In this document: positions 19,547-28,904 of the stretch, one piece after another | Position numbering within the stretch: the first letter of the stretch is position 1 | How the letters are laid out: every line of letters begins with the position of its first letter | Source of the DNA: Magnetococcales bacterium | GTDB taxonomy: Bacteria; Pseudomonadota; Magnetococcia; Magnetococcales; JADFYX01 | Assembly (NCBI GenBank): GCA_015231305.1 | Contig: JADGBW010000001.1 | Location: forward strand, 46,190-110,189 | DNA length: 64,000 nucleotides | Direction: 5' to 3' | The notes under the pieces: generated by a model | Seen by the model: only the letters and a program-made list of their open reading frames with translations | Told to the model about the DNA's origin: nothing | Database searches by the model: none | Program-made: the position numbers and the translations under genes

Positions 19547-20773
19547 TTATAGCTTAATTGCTTGGGATATAACCAACTTTAAAGACTTTTTCATATCATG
19601 GTTAAGGCTGAAGGTTTCATATAGATCTTCACTGCACTTATCTCTTTTAGCTGGATCACTCAACAAAGCATCTACTTTTTCGCACATCTCTTCCTGGTCA
19701 TTAAACACTAGAGAGTCTGCATTTTTTTTAAAGTAGTATTCTGAGTCATAGTGACGATAACTAAGAAGGCAGCCAACATTTCTTACAATTTCAATGGGTC
19801 GAGGAAAAAAGCAGGTTTCAAATGTTGTGCTGCCAAAATCAACAGAGACAGGAATATGGTGATATAATAAACCTCTTGCTACTATACTTTGTGTAGGCTC
19901 CGCATCAAGATTATCGGTCATCCAATCGTCACCAATCAATAAAAATTCCTTACCAAACTCTTTTTTCAATCGGTGAACAAACCCTCTTCTGGTTCCTCGA
20001 GCATGATAGTATCTATAAGCTAAAATAACTTGCAAAAATAATCTTGCTTGCTCTGATGGTGGCTTAGAATAAATAAAGGTCCATAACTGATCCATATCAT
20101 AACGAGATAAGGTGGGGTCAGCAATTGCTATTTCTACCATATTTTGAGCTAATAAATCGACTTGTTGATCAATAACTTCAGGCTTTTTAGGCAGTATGCC
20201 CATATATATAATTTTTGCTTGTGATATATTTTTTTTAACATGGTGAGAAGATTTTTTTACCAGCTCCATATAATTGTTAGTTGTGGCTTGTTTAGGCTTT
20301 AACCACTGCATAAATGGATAAGTATGGAGCTTTGATGACAATCCTAATGGAGCAAATATAATAGATTTAAACCCTAAGCGTCGATACTCTAGGGCAGCCT
20401 TTTCACATGGCGACCAAAATAGAATTCGTAAATCTTTTATAACAGCATTTACATGATCAACATCATAGTGCTGCCATAGCTGTTTTAAGTTTTCAACTGG
20501 ATGCCCCCAAGTAACAGATATTATTGGACAGGTTATGTTAAAGCTAGCTACTAGATTTAACACACTTTTTTTAATCTTATCACCAAAAAGGTTTGCAGTA
20601 AAAACCAAGTCGCACTCTTCACCTAGAAGAGTATCTTTTTTGTCGTTCTTGGTATCTTCTAAATAATTATTTTCAAGGTGCAGCATATAAACATCATGGC
20701 CTAACCCTAACAACTCACCTTGTAGTGAGTAGAAAAAATCATACAGACCATTAGTAACAATTAAAATCCGCAT
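19547..20773 (-). CDS. CgeB-like putative glycosyltransferase, tandem paralogue 1
   Basis: It aligns by eye along its full length with the ORF at 20847-22079. The C-terminus (FLLIGDDW...LYHHIPVSVDFGS...FFPRPIEIVRNVGCLLSY) resembles the CgeB/Glyco_trans_1_2 pattern. Confidence 0.45.
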   Translation of the reverse strand: MRILIVTNGLYDFFYSLQGELLGLGHDVYMLHLENNYLEDTKNDKKDTLLGEECDLVFTANLFGDKIKKSVLNLVASFNITCPIISVTWGHPVENLKQLWQHYDVDHVNAVIKDLRILFWSPCEKAALEYRRLGFKSIIFAPLGLSSKLHTYPFMQWLKPKQATTNNYMELVKKSSHHVKKNISQAKIIYMGILPKKPEVIDQQVDLLAQNMVEIAIADPTLSRYDMDQLWTFIYSKPPSEQARLFLQVILAYRYYHARGTRRGFVHRLKKEFGKEFLLIGDDWMTDNLDAEPTQSIVARGLLYHHIPVSVDFGSTTFETCFFPRPIEIVRNVGCLLSYRHYDSEYYFKKNADSLVFNDQEEMCEKVDALLSDPAKRDKCSEDLYETFSLNHDMKKSLKLVISQAIKL

Positions 20774-20846
20774 TATCCTTTTTTCTCATGTAAAAAAATT
20801 GTGACTCAAAAATAGTAAATACATTTATTTTAACCTTGGTTTAACC

Positions 20847-22079
20847 TTAAGAATAGAGCTTCATTGCATGATCTATTACTTTTTTTAGAGATCGTACCAT
20901 CCCTTGTTGTTGGCTAAATGTGTTAAGAATATTATGCCGATAAATATCTCTTTCTTGTTTATTATTCAACAAAAAATCAATTTTTTCACACATATCATCA
21001 GCATCATCAAAAACAAGAGATTTTACATTTTCTTGAAAAAATTGTTCAGAGTCATAGCGACGATAACTTAAAAGACAACCGATATTTTTTACTATTTCAA
21101 TAGGACGAGGGAAAAAGCTAGTTTCAAAAGATATACTACCAAGATCAATTGAAACAGGAACATGGTGGTACAATACCCCCCTTGTTTGCAGGGATTGGCT
21201 TGGCTCAGCTTCAAGGTTATCTGCTATCCAATCATCTCCAAACAGTAAAAATTGGTTACCAAACTCCTTTTTTAAGCGTCTTACAAAAACTCTTCTGGTT
21301 CCTCTAGCATGATAATATCTAAATACTTCGGCTATGGTAAAAAAATCTCTAGGTCGCTGTCTTGGTTCTACGGAGGAAATGTATGACCACAATTTATCAA
21401 TATCAGCCCGTGATAATTTAGGGTCAGCAATCGTTGCTTCAGCTAATGTTCTGGATAATAAATCAATTTTTGGGTCTATGTTTTCTGGTTTTGCAGGCAA
21501 TATACCTAGGTAAATTATTTTAGTGTTGGAAATATCTTTTTCAGGGGGAGGGTTGGTTTGCTTAATATAATCTTGAAATACTTGAGGGTTGGCTTCATGA
21601 GGTTTTTTCCAACAAAAAAATGGAAATGTTTGCATCTTGTCAGAGTAACCAAGTGGAGCAAAGACTATAGATTCAAACCCCAAAGCAAGATACTCTTGAG
21701 TTGCTTTTTCACATGGTGACCAAAATAAAATTTTAAGATTTTTAATAATGTCGTTTGTTATTTTAGAGTTATATTTTTTCCATAACTCTGATATCTCTTC
21801 AACAGGATGCCCCCAAGTGATAGATATAATAGGACAATTGACATTAAAACGAGCAAGGATATCTAATATTTTTGGATCTTCATTAGTTTCAAAAATATTA
21901 GCTGTTATAACAAGATCACAATCAGCACCAGATAGAGCCTCTTTTTTAATATTTGCGCTGTTGTCCAAATACATCGGCTCTAGATGCACCATATAAACTT
22001 CATGGCCTAATAGCAGAAGTTCGGTTTGAAGAGAGTAAAAGTATTCGTACAACCCCGCCGTTATGACCAGAACTCGCAT
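20847..22079 (-). CDS. CgeB-like putative glycosyltransferase, tandem paralogue 2
   Basis: MRVLVITAGLYEYFYSLQTELLLLGHEVYMVHLE compares with MRILIVTNGLYDFFYSLQGELLGLGHDVYMLHLE in paralogue 1. Shared blocks are WGHPVE, ILFWSPCEKA, YYHARGTRR, RLKKEFG and FFPRPIEIV. Confidence 0.45.
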   Translation of the reverse strand: MRVLVITAGLYEYFYSLQTELLLLGHEVYMVHLEPMYLDNSANIKKEALSGADCDLVITANIFETNEDPKILDILARFNVNCPIISITWGHPVEEISELWKKYNSKITNDIIKNLKILFWSPCEKATQEYLALGFESIVFAPLGYSDKMQTFPFFCWKKPHEANPQVFQDYIKQTNPPPEKDISNTKIIYLGILPAKPENIDPKIDLLSRTLAEATIADPKLSRADIDKLWSYISSVEPRQRPRDFFTIAEVFRYYHARGTRRVFVRRLKKEFGNQFLLFGDDWIADNLEAEPSQSLQTRGVLYHHVPVSIDLGSISFETSFFPRPIEIVKNIGCLLSYRRYDSEQFFQENVKSLVFDDADDMCEKIDFLLNNKQERDIYRHNILNTFSQQQGMVRSLKKVIDHAMKLYS

Positions 22080-22144
22080 TTTTCACCTCTTGATGTGAAT
22101 AATGTATGAATATTTTTTTATCAGCTATTTTCCAGGTTATACAG

Positions 22145-22990
22145 TTATTGATGGGATAAGTTAAGATCGAGAAAACTATCTGTGCTCTGGACGTTATCTG
22201 AATCAAGAAGCTTATACTCAATTGCAGAAAGCAGATAAATAACACGGCGACTAAATTCACGGGTCTGCTTATAACTAGCTTCAGCTCTTTTATCCTGCTT
22301 GTTACGAAGAGCGCTTATAACATTTTTTGCATGTGTGTGAAATGCCTTATGAGTTTCATCTAATTTTGCTATCTCTGGCAAATCACTATACCTCTTTACT
22401 CCAGTTGCATTTATCCAAACCCCAAGAGCACAAATTTCTGAAGACTCCAAAGTGATATCCTTTCCCCGGTGTCTAAAGGCTTCCATTAGGTTTCTCTCCC
22501 ACCTTAAATGGATTAATCTCGCCTGACTTACTTTTAGTGTGCCCTTATCTTCTGGTAAAGCATGATATGGCCCAGCAAAAAGCCTCTGAAAAAGGCTGCG
22601 TGGCTGTCTTGCATTCGAGGTTGTTATATGAGACTTTTCAAGAGCCTCTAACTCCATTTCAGTTAAATGAAAAATAATATCCCTACTTAAACGACGGACA
22701 GTTTCTAGCTCTTGAGAAATATTTTTTTCACCACCATCATTACATGCAATAGCAAGACGACTTGCAGCTTGGTGAAAAGCTTTATGGGCAACAAGAAGAG
22801 GTTGAATTGATTCCAATGCACCATAATTTCTTTGCGCTGGTCCATTGAGCCAACGACCTAACTCACAATCCTCATGAGATTGTGCTTCTAAGGAGATAGA
22901 ACTACCTTTAGTGGCTGACTCCATCTCATACTCCCAATTAAGGTGAGCAATTCGGGCCAAGCCCAGGTCTAGTTTAGGGTTACTGCTCAT
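22145..22990 (-). CDS. Stand-alone protein with two tandem CZB (chemoreceptor zinc-binding) domains
   Basis: The H...C...HxxxH pattern occurs twice. Copy 1 is IAHLNW...EDCELGRWLNG...VAHKAFHQAA. Copy 2 is LIHLRW...EICALGVWINA...THKAFHTHA. Confidence 0.7.
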   Translation of the reverse strand: MSSNPKLDLGLARIAHLNWEYEMESATKGSSISLEAQSHEDCELGRWLNGPAQRNYGALESIQPLLVAHKAFHQAASRLAIACNDGGEKNISQELETVRRLSRDIIFHLTEMELEALEKSHITTSNARQPRSLFQRLFAGPYHALPEDKGTLKVSQARLIHLRWERNLMEAFRHRGKDITLESSEICALGVWINATGVKRYSDLPEIAKLDETHKAFHTHAKNVISALRNKQDKRAEASYKQTREFSRRVIYLLSAIEYKLLDSDNVQSTDSFLDLNLSHQ

Positions 22991-23135
22991 AAAAAAGCCT
23001 ATATAAGTACATTGAAAAATTAGTGAAGTATGTGAACATAATAATACCCATTATCCTGGCACTTTACCTTCATGTTTGTCAAGCTATAGCAAGGTATAAT
23101 CATGTAAAAAAACCTACATATTTTTTAAGAAAAAT

Positions 23136-23171
23136 TAAAAAAAACCCGCACAGTATGTACAGGTTTTTTTT
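23136..23171 (-). terminator. Probable rho-independent (bidirectional-looking) terminator after the feoB / Cys-rich peptide unit
   Basis: The minus-strand RNA forms CCUGUACA-UAC-UGUGCGGG (8 bp including 2 G-U pairs) followed by a U-run. A-runs and T-runs flank it on both sides. Confidence 0.5.
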
Positions 23172-23208
23172 AAAAAATTATGATGTTTTAAAAAACAGTT
23201 ACATGTAT

Positions 23209-23394
23209 TTAACTTTCTTCTTTACCTACCTTTGCCACAGGCATACATCCTCCTCCAGATGAAGAGCAACCACCACACCCCTCCCCCGGTTTTTTTTCAG
23301 CAAACATCTGCTTTGTGCTATTGAATACATAACGCAGACATAAAAGCATGATTATGCCTACAACAAGAGTATTTAACCAATCACTAGAATTCAT
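23209..23394 (-). CDS. FeoB-associated Cys-rich small membrane protein
   Basis: It has one N-terminal TM helix (LNTLVVGIIMLLCL) and a C-terminal GCGGCSSSGGGC. It overlaps the feoB stop by 4 nt. Confidence 0.75.
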   Translation of the reverse strand: MNSSDWLNTLVVGIIMLLCLRYVFNSTKQMFAEKKPGEGCGGCSSSGGGCMPVAKVGKEES

Positions 23395-25526
23395 ATAAAT
23401 AGATTACCTACTGTTAGAACCACAAAAGACAAACTCCAAGCCAAAACCAGGGAAAAAGCAACAGAGAAGCCCGCCCATTTCCAAGACCCTGCCTCACGTC
23501 GAATAACTGCTATAGTAGCAAGACAAGGGGTATAGAGTAAGACAAAGATCATGAAGGCAAAAGCTACTAATGGGGACATGGTTTTTGACAATACATTTTT
23601 CAGACTAGTAGACTCCTCCGTTGACTCTTCATCTTGTGCGTAAATAACTGCATAACTAGCAACCACCACCTCTTTGGCAACAAACCCGGTTAAGATTGCA
23701 ACAGTATCGCGCCATGTAAATTCTAGTGGCGCAAAAATTGGAGCAATAGATTGAGAAACTCTACCAAGATAGCTGTTAGAAAGATGTTCCTGAGCCATTT
23801 TCTGCTTAAAACCAGCAATAGCTATAGAATTCTCAGAACTTTCTGGCTCACTGCGTAGCTGTTCTATCTTGGAATCATAATCCATACTATATTTTACATC
23901 TTGTGGAAACTCTTGCAAAAACCAAAGCACAATAGAGCCAACCAAAATTACCCCAGCAATCTTTTGCAGAAAATTAAGAGCCTTATCCCACATATGAACT
24001 AAAACCGCCCGTAAAGTTGGCAAGCGATAAGGGGGAAGCTCCATTACAAAAGCCTCTGGCTCTCCTTCTGGGATAAGCTTATTTAAAAGAACTGATGCTC
24101 CCATGGCAATAACAATACTTAACATATACATTATGAAAACCATGGTTCCGGCCATTTCACTAAAAAATGCACCTGCAAACAAAATAAATACCGGAAGACG
24201 AGCTGCACAAAGCATAAACGGATTGATTATAATAGCTATCAGCCGGGAACGGTCACTCTCAATAGTGCGTGTAGCCATTACTGCTGGCACATTACAACCA
24301 AAGCCCATCACAAGGGGAATCAAAGCCTTACCATGAAGACCAAAGGAGTGCATTACCCTGTCCATTAAAAATGCTGCACGGGTTAGGTAACCGGTCTCAC
24401 TAAATACAGCCATGAAGAAAAATAGAATGACAATATTTGGTAGAAAAATAATTGTTCCACCAACCCCTGCTACCACCCCATCAATTATCAAATCATGGGC
24501 CATACCAGCAGGAATTATATTATCAAGAAATTCTGAAACAACCCCAACACCAGCGTCTATCCAGTTCATAGGATATTCACCAACAGAAAAGGTCGTCTGA
24601 AACATTATCCATAATAGGGCAACAAAAACTGGGATACCAAGCACACGATGGAGAAAAAACATATCCAGTTTTTTTGTCATATCATAACGTTGACCTGGAT
24701 CTTCTACTACCTCTACAGCCTCTAAAACCATACCATGGACAAAACCATAACGGGCATCAGCAAACAACATTTCACATTCACCATCATGATCACGAGCCAA
24801 ATCATAACGCTCGCGTCTTACCATCTCTAAGAGATAGTCATGGTCCTTCTCTTTGCTGATCATCACCTCATCACCCTCTAGTAGCTTAATCGCCAACCAG
24901 CGGCTCTGGGTTTCACTCATCTCGTCTTGATGAAGCTGTGAAATTTTCTCTTGTACCCTTATAACAGCATCAGATAAATGTTCGTCGTAGTTTATAAAAG
25001 CCTGTTTAATTTCATCAGGGTTATTTGCCACCTCAATGATGCAATCTTTTAGTTTTTCTAACCCTTCCCCGGTAATAGCATTAGTCTCGATAACTGGTCC
25101 GCCCAACATGTTAGACAAGGCTGCACTATTAATTTTTAGCTTTTTACGGTTAGCCTCATCGATCATATTGAGAACGAAAATTGTCTTTTTACCCATCTCA
25201 ATAAGTTGGCTTGTGAGAAACAGCGACCTCTCAAGGTTTCCAGCATCAAGTATGTTGATTACAATATCTGCTTTTTCAGCATGAATATAATCCCGACTCG
25301 CGCTCTCTTCAGGAGACTGGGTTGTCAGAGCATAAATTCCTGGCAAATCAGTAATATTAATAGTTTTGCCTTGATGCTCAAATGATCTCTCTTTTGCTGC
25401 AACTGTTACGCGAGGATAGTTGCCAACATTGTCTTTAGAACGACACAGTTTATTAAGAATAGTAGTCTTACCACAATTGGGATTACCAACTAACCCAATT
25501 GTAATTGTTGAGGGTTCTGACTTCAT
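23391..25526 (-). CDS. feoB: Ferrous iron transporter FeoB
   Basis: The N-terminal G-domain has GNPNCGKTT (G1), DLPG and NMID. It is followed by a polytopic membrane domain. Total length is 711 aa. Confidence 0.95.
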   Translation of the reverse strand: MKSEPSTITIGLVGNPNCGKTTILNKLCRSKDNVGNYPRVTVAAKERSFEHQGKTINITDLPGIYALTTQSPEESASRDYIHAEKADIVINILDAGNLERSLFLTSQLIEMGKKTIFVLNMIDEANRKKLKINSAALSNMLGGPVIETNAITGEGLEKLKDCIIEVANNPDEIKQAFINYDEHLSDAVIRVQEKISQLHQDEMSETQSRWLAIKLLEGDEVMISKEKDHDYLLEMVRRERYDLARDHDGECEMLFADARYGFVHGMVLEAVEVVEDPGQRYDMTKKLDMFFLHRVLGIPVFVALLWIMFQTTFSVGEYPMNWIDAGVGVVSEFLDNIIPAGMAHDLIIDGVVAGVGGTIIFLPNIVILFFFMAVFSETGYLTRAAFLMDRVMHSFGLHGKALIPLVMGFGCNVPAVMATRTIESDRSRLIAIIINPFMLCAARLPVFILFAGAFFSEMAGTMVFIMYMLSIVIAMGASVLLNKLIPEGEPEAFVMELPPYRLPTLRAVLVHMWDKALNFLQKIAGVILVGSIVLWFLQEFPQDVKYSMDYDSKIEQLRSEPESSENSIAIAGFKQKMAQEHLSNSYLGRVSQSIAPIFAPLEFTWRDTVAILTGFVAKEVVVASYAVIYAQDEESTEESTSLKNVLSKTMSPLVAFAFMIFVLLYTPCLATIAVIRREAGSWKWAGFSVAFSLVLAWSLSFVVLTVGNLFI

Positions 25527-25545
25527 ATTTGAACTTCCATTTTAT

Positions 25546-25564
25546 AGAAATGATAATCATTACT
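25546..25564. promoter_or_regulatory. Fur-box-like operator immediately upstream of feoB
   Basis: AGAAATGATAATCATTACT matches the consensus GATAATGATAATCATTATC at 14 of 19 positions by my count. It lies 20 nt upstream of the feoB ATG. Confidence 0.55.
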
Positions 25565-25795
25565 AAATACAAACAGAAATAATCCCTGCTTAAATACAGA
25601 TAACAGAGTTATTTAGTTATTATAAACAGTAAAACAAACTAGAAATTCTAAAAAGCAGAGAGCTAAAACTTTGCTGCTACTTAATGGCTGTTAGAGCTAT
25701 ATTAAAGCCTGTAATTTAAAAATAATTTCATCTAAATTATACAAGCTAAAAACATATAATTGCATAGAAATATATTGTTAGCTTAAAAAATAAGT

Positions 25796-25836
25796 CAAAC
25801 AGAAATATGGGAAAAAATCTCCCATATTTCTGTTTG
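25796..25836 (-). terminator. Perfect 17-bp hairpin between feoA and feoB (terminator/attenuator candidate)
   Basis: CAAACAGAAATATGGGA-AAAAATC-TCCCATATTTCTGTTTG. On the minus strand it is followed by ACUUAUUUUUUAAGC. It lies ~75 nt downstream of the feoA stop. Confidence 0.6.
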
Positions 25837-25910
25837 GTAATAGATGAAAATTTTTACCTTCTGTTTATGCAGACTAAGATAAAGAACCTAGGATATTTAC
25901 TTGATATTAT

Positions 25911-26171
25911 TTAGTTACTAGTAACCAATATTTTCTGTGCATCATCATTGCGGATTGTAAGACGATACCCCAATATTGAATAAACTCTAGGATCACCAAA
26001 GGGAGCCAATGTGTCTAAAGAGATATCTTTGCCGCGGACTATACCCAAGGCCATTAAACGACGCTTGCTTGCATCATCACCTTCTAAACCAACAATTTGC
26101 ACTGTTTTGTCGCTTTCTATATCTGCTAAGGTCATTGATGTTTTATTAAGAGTTTTTGGCATTTTTTTCAC
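25911..26171 (-). CDS. feoA: FeoA family protein
   Basis: The 86-aa protein reads MTLADIESDKTVQIVGLEGDDASKRRLMALGIVRGKDISL, which is FeoA/SH3-like. Confidence 0.85.
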   Translation of the reverse strand: MKKMPKTLNKTSMTLADIESDKTVQIVGLEGDDASKRRLMALGIVRGKDISLDTLAPFGDPRVYSILGYRLTIRNDDAQKILVTSN

Positions 26172-26346
26172 TCGATTTTTAATGGTTTTTTCAGATCCAA
26201 CAATTTGCGATCTGAGTGAGAATGGTTCTTGTTACCTTTTTATATAGAGAAAGTCAACATTTTTTCATGTAATTTTTAATTGGTAGTTAAGCTAATAACT
26301 GTTTATATTAGAAGTTATTCTTACTAGTTATATTAGCGGGAAATTA

Positions 26347-28437
26347 ATGAAAGAACATCTAAACACTTCTGGTAAAATCCTTATTATTGAGGAGAAACCT
26401 TGCAAACTTTTAACAAGCTTAACTCCCAGTACTTACAGCTTAACAAACGCGCAAAAAAGTGAAGATGTTTTTAGTATACTTGGAAGCAAAAAAATTGAAT
26501 TGGTTATAATAGATGCTTCAGAAAACCAAGCTAAATATTTTCAACTATTAACAGAGATTAGAGACTCATTTGATAGCCAACAACTACCAGTTTTAGTTAT
26601 TTTATCTTTAGATAACAAACTATCTGTCAAGACTGCACTAGAAGCTGGGGCAAATGATTATCTCTGTGCCTCTCAGATTAATGACCATATAGAGCAGCGA
26701 ATATATTGGCTGATAAAGCAGTCAGAAAAACATTTTGCCCAAACAAGTAAACTTAAGAAAAAAGCTTCACTGCAATCTGATTTTAAACAGATTGAAAGCG
26801 CTCTATTGCAAACATCATTTTATGATTTGTCAATTTTTGGCAACCCACTAAACCAAACACTAAAACTCACACTTAGTATTATCCTATCGGCCCCCCTATT
26901 ACCTGAAGACCCTGCTGGTGCAATTTTTTTAGCAGACCCCGAAGAAAATGAGCTTCACCTTGCCTGTCAACTTGGCCTGCCTGATGACCTAACTAAAAAG
27001 TGTGCAATAGTAAAAAAAGGTGAGTGCCTTTGCGGTATGGTTCTTAAGGATAAAATGTTAAGCCATTACGAATACGACAATGTGCAGCATACTATAAAAT
27101 CAGAAGAATCAAACCCACATGGTCACTATATTATCCCAATTATATCTGATAAAAACAGTATACTAGGGGTGTTAAACATTTACCTTGACCACAACAAGAA
27201 AAAACCAAAAGAGCTTGGCTTATTTTTAAGTGATGTTGCTTTAATTTTAGCAATGATAATTTCCAGAAAAAATTATGAATCACGCTTATTAGCATCCCAA
27301 AACCGTTTTCGTTCAATATCCAATAGCTCAAATGATGGAATTATTGCAACAGACCAACTTGGTCGCATAACATTTGCTAACCCAGCAACCAATAGAATTT
27401 TTAACTATAATGAAAATGAATTGGTTGGAAAAATGGTAACAACAATAATCCCAGAGAGATTTCAACAAGCACATAGAGATGGTATGCAACGGGCTGTTGT
27501 ATTAGGCAAAACATCACTAATAGGCAAAACTATTGAACTATTTGGTCTTAGAAAAGATGGTGATGAAATTCCTGTAGAAATTTCTATAGCTATGTGGCAT
27601 GCGGAAGATAAAGTAGCTTTTTCTGCTTTTATTAGAGATGTTAGCGAACTTAAAAAATTAAACAGTGAACTATTAAATGCTAAAATTGAGGTAGAAGAGT
27701 TTAACGAAAAATTAGCCCAAGCAAACAATACTCTTATTGAAGAACGTAATATTATTGAAAATATTGTTCTTAAAATCCAACATTCACCACTATTTGACCA
27801 GACCAACTTACGAATTATTGAAAGACCCTTGGAAAAAAATTCTGGTGATCTTATTTGCGCGGCAAAACGAAATGATGGAGCAAGAAGAGTTTTATTAGGA
27901 GATTTTGCAGGCCATGGTTTAACTGCAGCTATTGCGTGTCCACTTATATCTGAAATATTTTACGCTAACGGCCTGAATGTTCCATTTGAAAAAATGTTTG
28001 CAGACCTCAACACACGCCTATTAAAAGCACTTAACGAAGACATGTTTATGGCATGTAGTTGTATTGAGTTGAACTCTGATAAAAACCTTGTAACTCTGTT
28101 TAACGCTGGTATGGTTGATATTTTTATATTACGCCAAGGAAATATAATTCATCAAGAACCTTCAGGGTTTGTTCCTAGGGGGTTAATAGATGTACCCGAT
28201 AAAGAAAAAATAACATTTCCAGTACAAAAGGGAGATAGAATTATTCTCTGTACAGATGGTTTTGAAGAAGCAGTTAACCCATCAGGAAAAATGTTTGGTG
28301 AGATACGTTTTAAAAGAATTTTAGAGGACACCATTAAAAAGAACAGACCACTGGAATATATATTTGATCAAATTAATAATTATCGCCAAGGTGGCAAACA
28401 GGAAGATGACATGACCCTGGTAGAATTTACTTGTTGA
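26347..28437 (+). CDS. REC-GAF-PAS-PP2C (SpoIIE/RsbU-type) serine phosphatase
   Basis: The N-terminus is receiver-like (ILIIEE...ELVIIDAS). A GAF-like middle region and a PAS domain follow (SNDGIIATDQLGRITFANPA). The PP2C motifs are GDFAGHGLTAA, LCTDGFEEA and DDMTLVEF. Confidence 0.8.
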   Translation: MKEHLNTSGKILIIEEKPCKLLTSLTPSTYSLTNAQKSEDVFSILGSKKIELVIIDASENQAKYFQLLTEIRDSFDSQQLPVLVILSLDNKLSVKTALEAGANDYLCASQINDHIEQRIYWLIKQSEKHFAQTSKLKKKASLQSDFKQIESALLQTSFYDLSIFGNPLNQTLKLTLSIILSAPLLPEDPAGAIFLADPEENELHLACQLGLPDDLTKKCAIVKKGECLCGMVLKDKMLSHYEYDNVQHTIKSEESNPHGHYIIPIISDKNSILGVLNIYLDHNKKKPKELGLFLSDVALILAMIISRKNYESRLLASQNRFRSISNSSNDGIIATDQLGRITFANPATNRIFNYNENELVGKMVTTIIPERFQQAHRDGMQRAVVLGKTSLIGKTIELFGLRKDGDEIPVEISIAMWHAEDKVAFSAFIRDVSELKKLNSELLNAKIEVEEFNEKLAQANNTLIEERNIIENIVLKIQHSPLFDQTNLRIIERPLEKNSGDLICAAKRNDGARRVLLGDFAGHGLTAAIACPLISEIFYANGLNVPFEKMFADLNTRLLKALNEDMFMACSCIELNSDKNLVTLFNAGMVDIFILRQGNIIHQEPSGFVPRGLIDVPDKEKITFPVQKGDRIILCTDGFEEAVNPSGKMFGEIRFKRILEDTIKKNRPLEYIFDQINNYRQGGKQEDDMTLVEFTC

Positions 28438-28460
28438 ACTTAGTCTGACAGCTCTCCCTA

Positions 28461-28490
28461 CACCTACACCGCAAACCGCCGAATCTAGGT
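28461..28490. repeat. Solo arm (copy D) of the structured repeat family
   Basis: CACCTACACCGCAAACCGCCGAATCTAGGT matches the reverse complement of the left arm of copy A (CACCGCCAACTGCCGAATCTAGG) at 21 of 23 positions by eye. Confidence 0.5.
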
Positions 28491-28555
28491 TGAAATTTAT
28501 TATTTATATGTTATTGTAAATTGGGTGAGTTTAATATTGCTAAGGACAATAAAAA

Positions 28556-28861
28556 ATGGCTAAAAGTGCTTTACGGGTATTGCGCGAAGGAAATTGCTTA
28601 ACTTATCAAATTTCTGGATCATTTGATTACAAACTTGTTAAAGTTTTCAAAAAAACTTATAAAACAGAGGGTAAAGCTGAACGTTATGTTGTTGACCTAA
28701 TGCTGACAGAAAAAATTGATAGCTCAGCCATAGGCGGATTGATGTACTTTCACCATTTTGCTGGTGGTAAAGGGTCTGATATAACTTTAGCAAATGCTAA
28801 CAATGAGATAAAACGTCTGTTGAATATTGCACAGCTACATCACGCATTTAAAATTGAATAG
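28556..28861 (+). CDS. STAS-domain anti-sigma-factor antagonist
   Basis: The protein is 101 aa. VVDLMLTEKIDSSAIGGLMYF carries the phosphorylatable-Ser region (iDSsaig.L). Confidence 0.75.
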   Translation: MAKSALRVLREGNCLTYQISGSFDYKLVKVFKKTYKTEGKAERYVVDLMLTEKIDSSAIGGLMYFHHFAGGKGSDITLANANNEIKRLLNIAQLHHAFKIE

Positions 28862-28904
28862 TAAAAACTAGCTAGTTAATACCATCACAATATATTCTAT
28901 TTGT

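Noticed and set aside
23023-23262. A 79-aa plus-strand ORF between the CZB gene and the Cys-rich peptide gene
   Set aside because: It covers the terminator/promoter spacer and overlaps the Cys-rich peptide gene antisense. Its sequence is AT-driven (K/Y/F/I-rich).
26216-26234. A possible Fur box upstream of feoA (GTGAGAATGGTTCTTGTTA)
   Set aside because: Only about 11 of 17 core positions match the consensus by eye. That is not distinguishable from AT-rich background.
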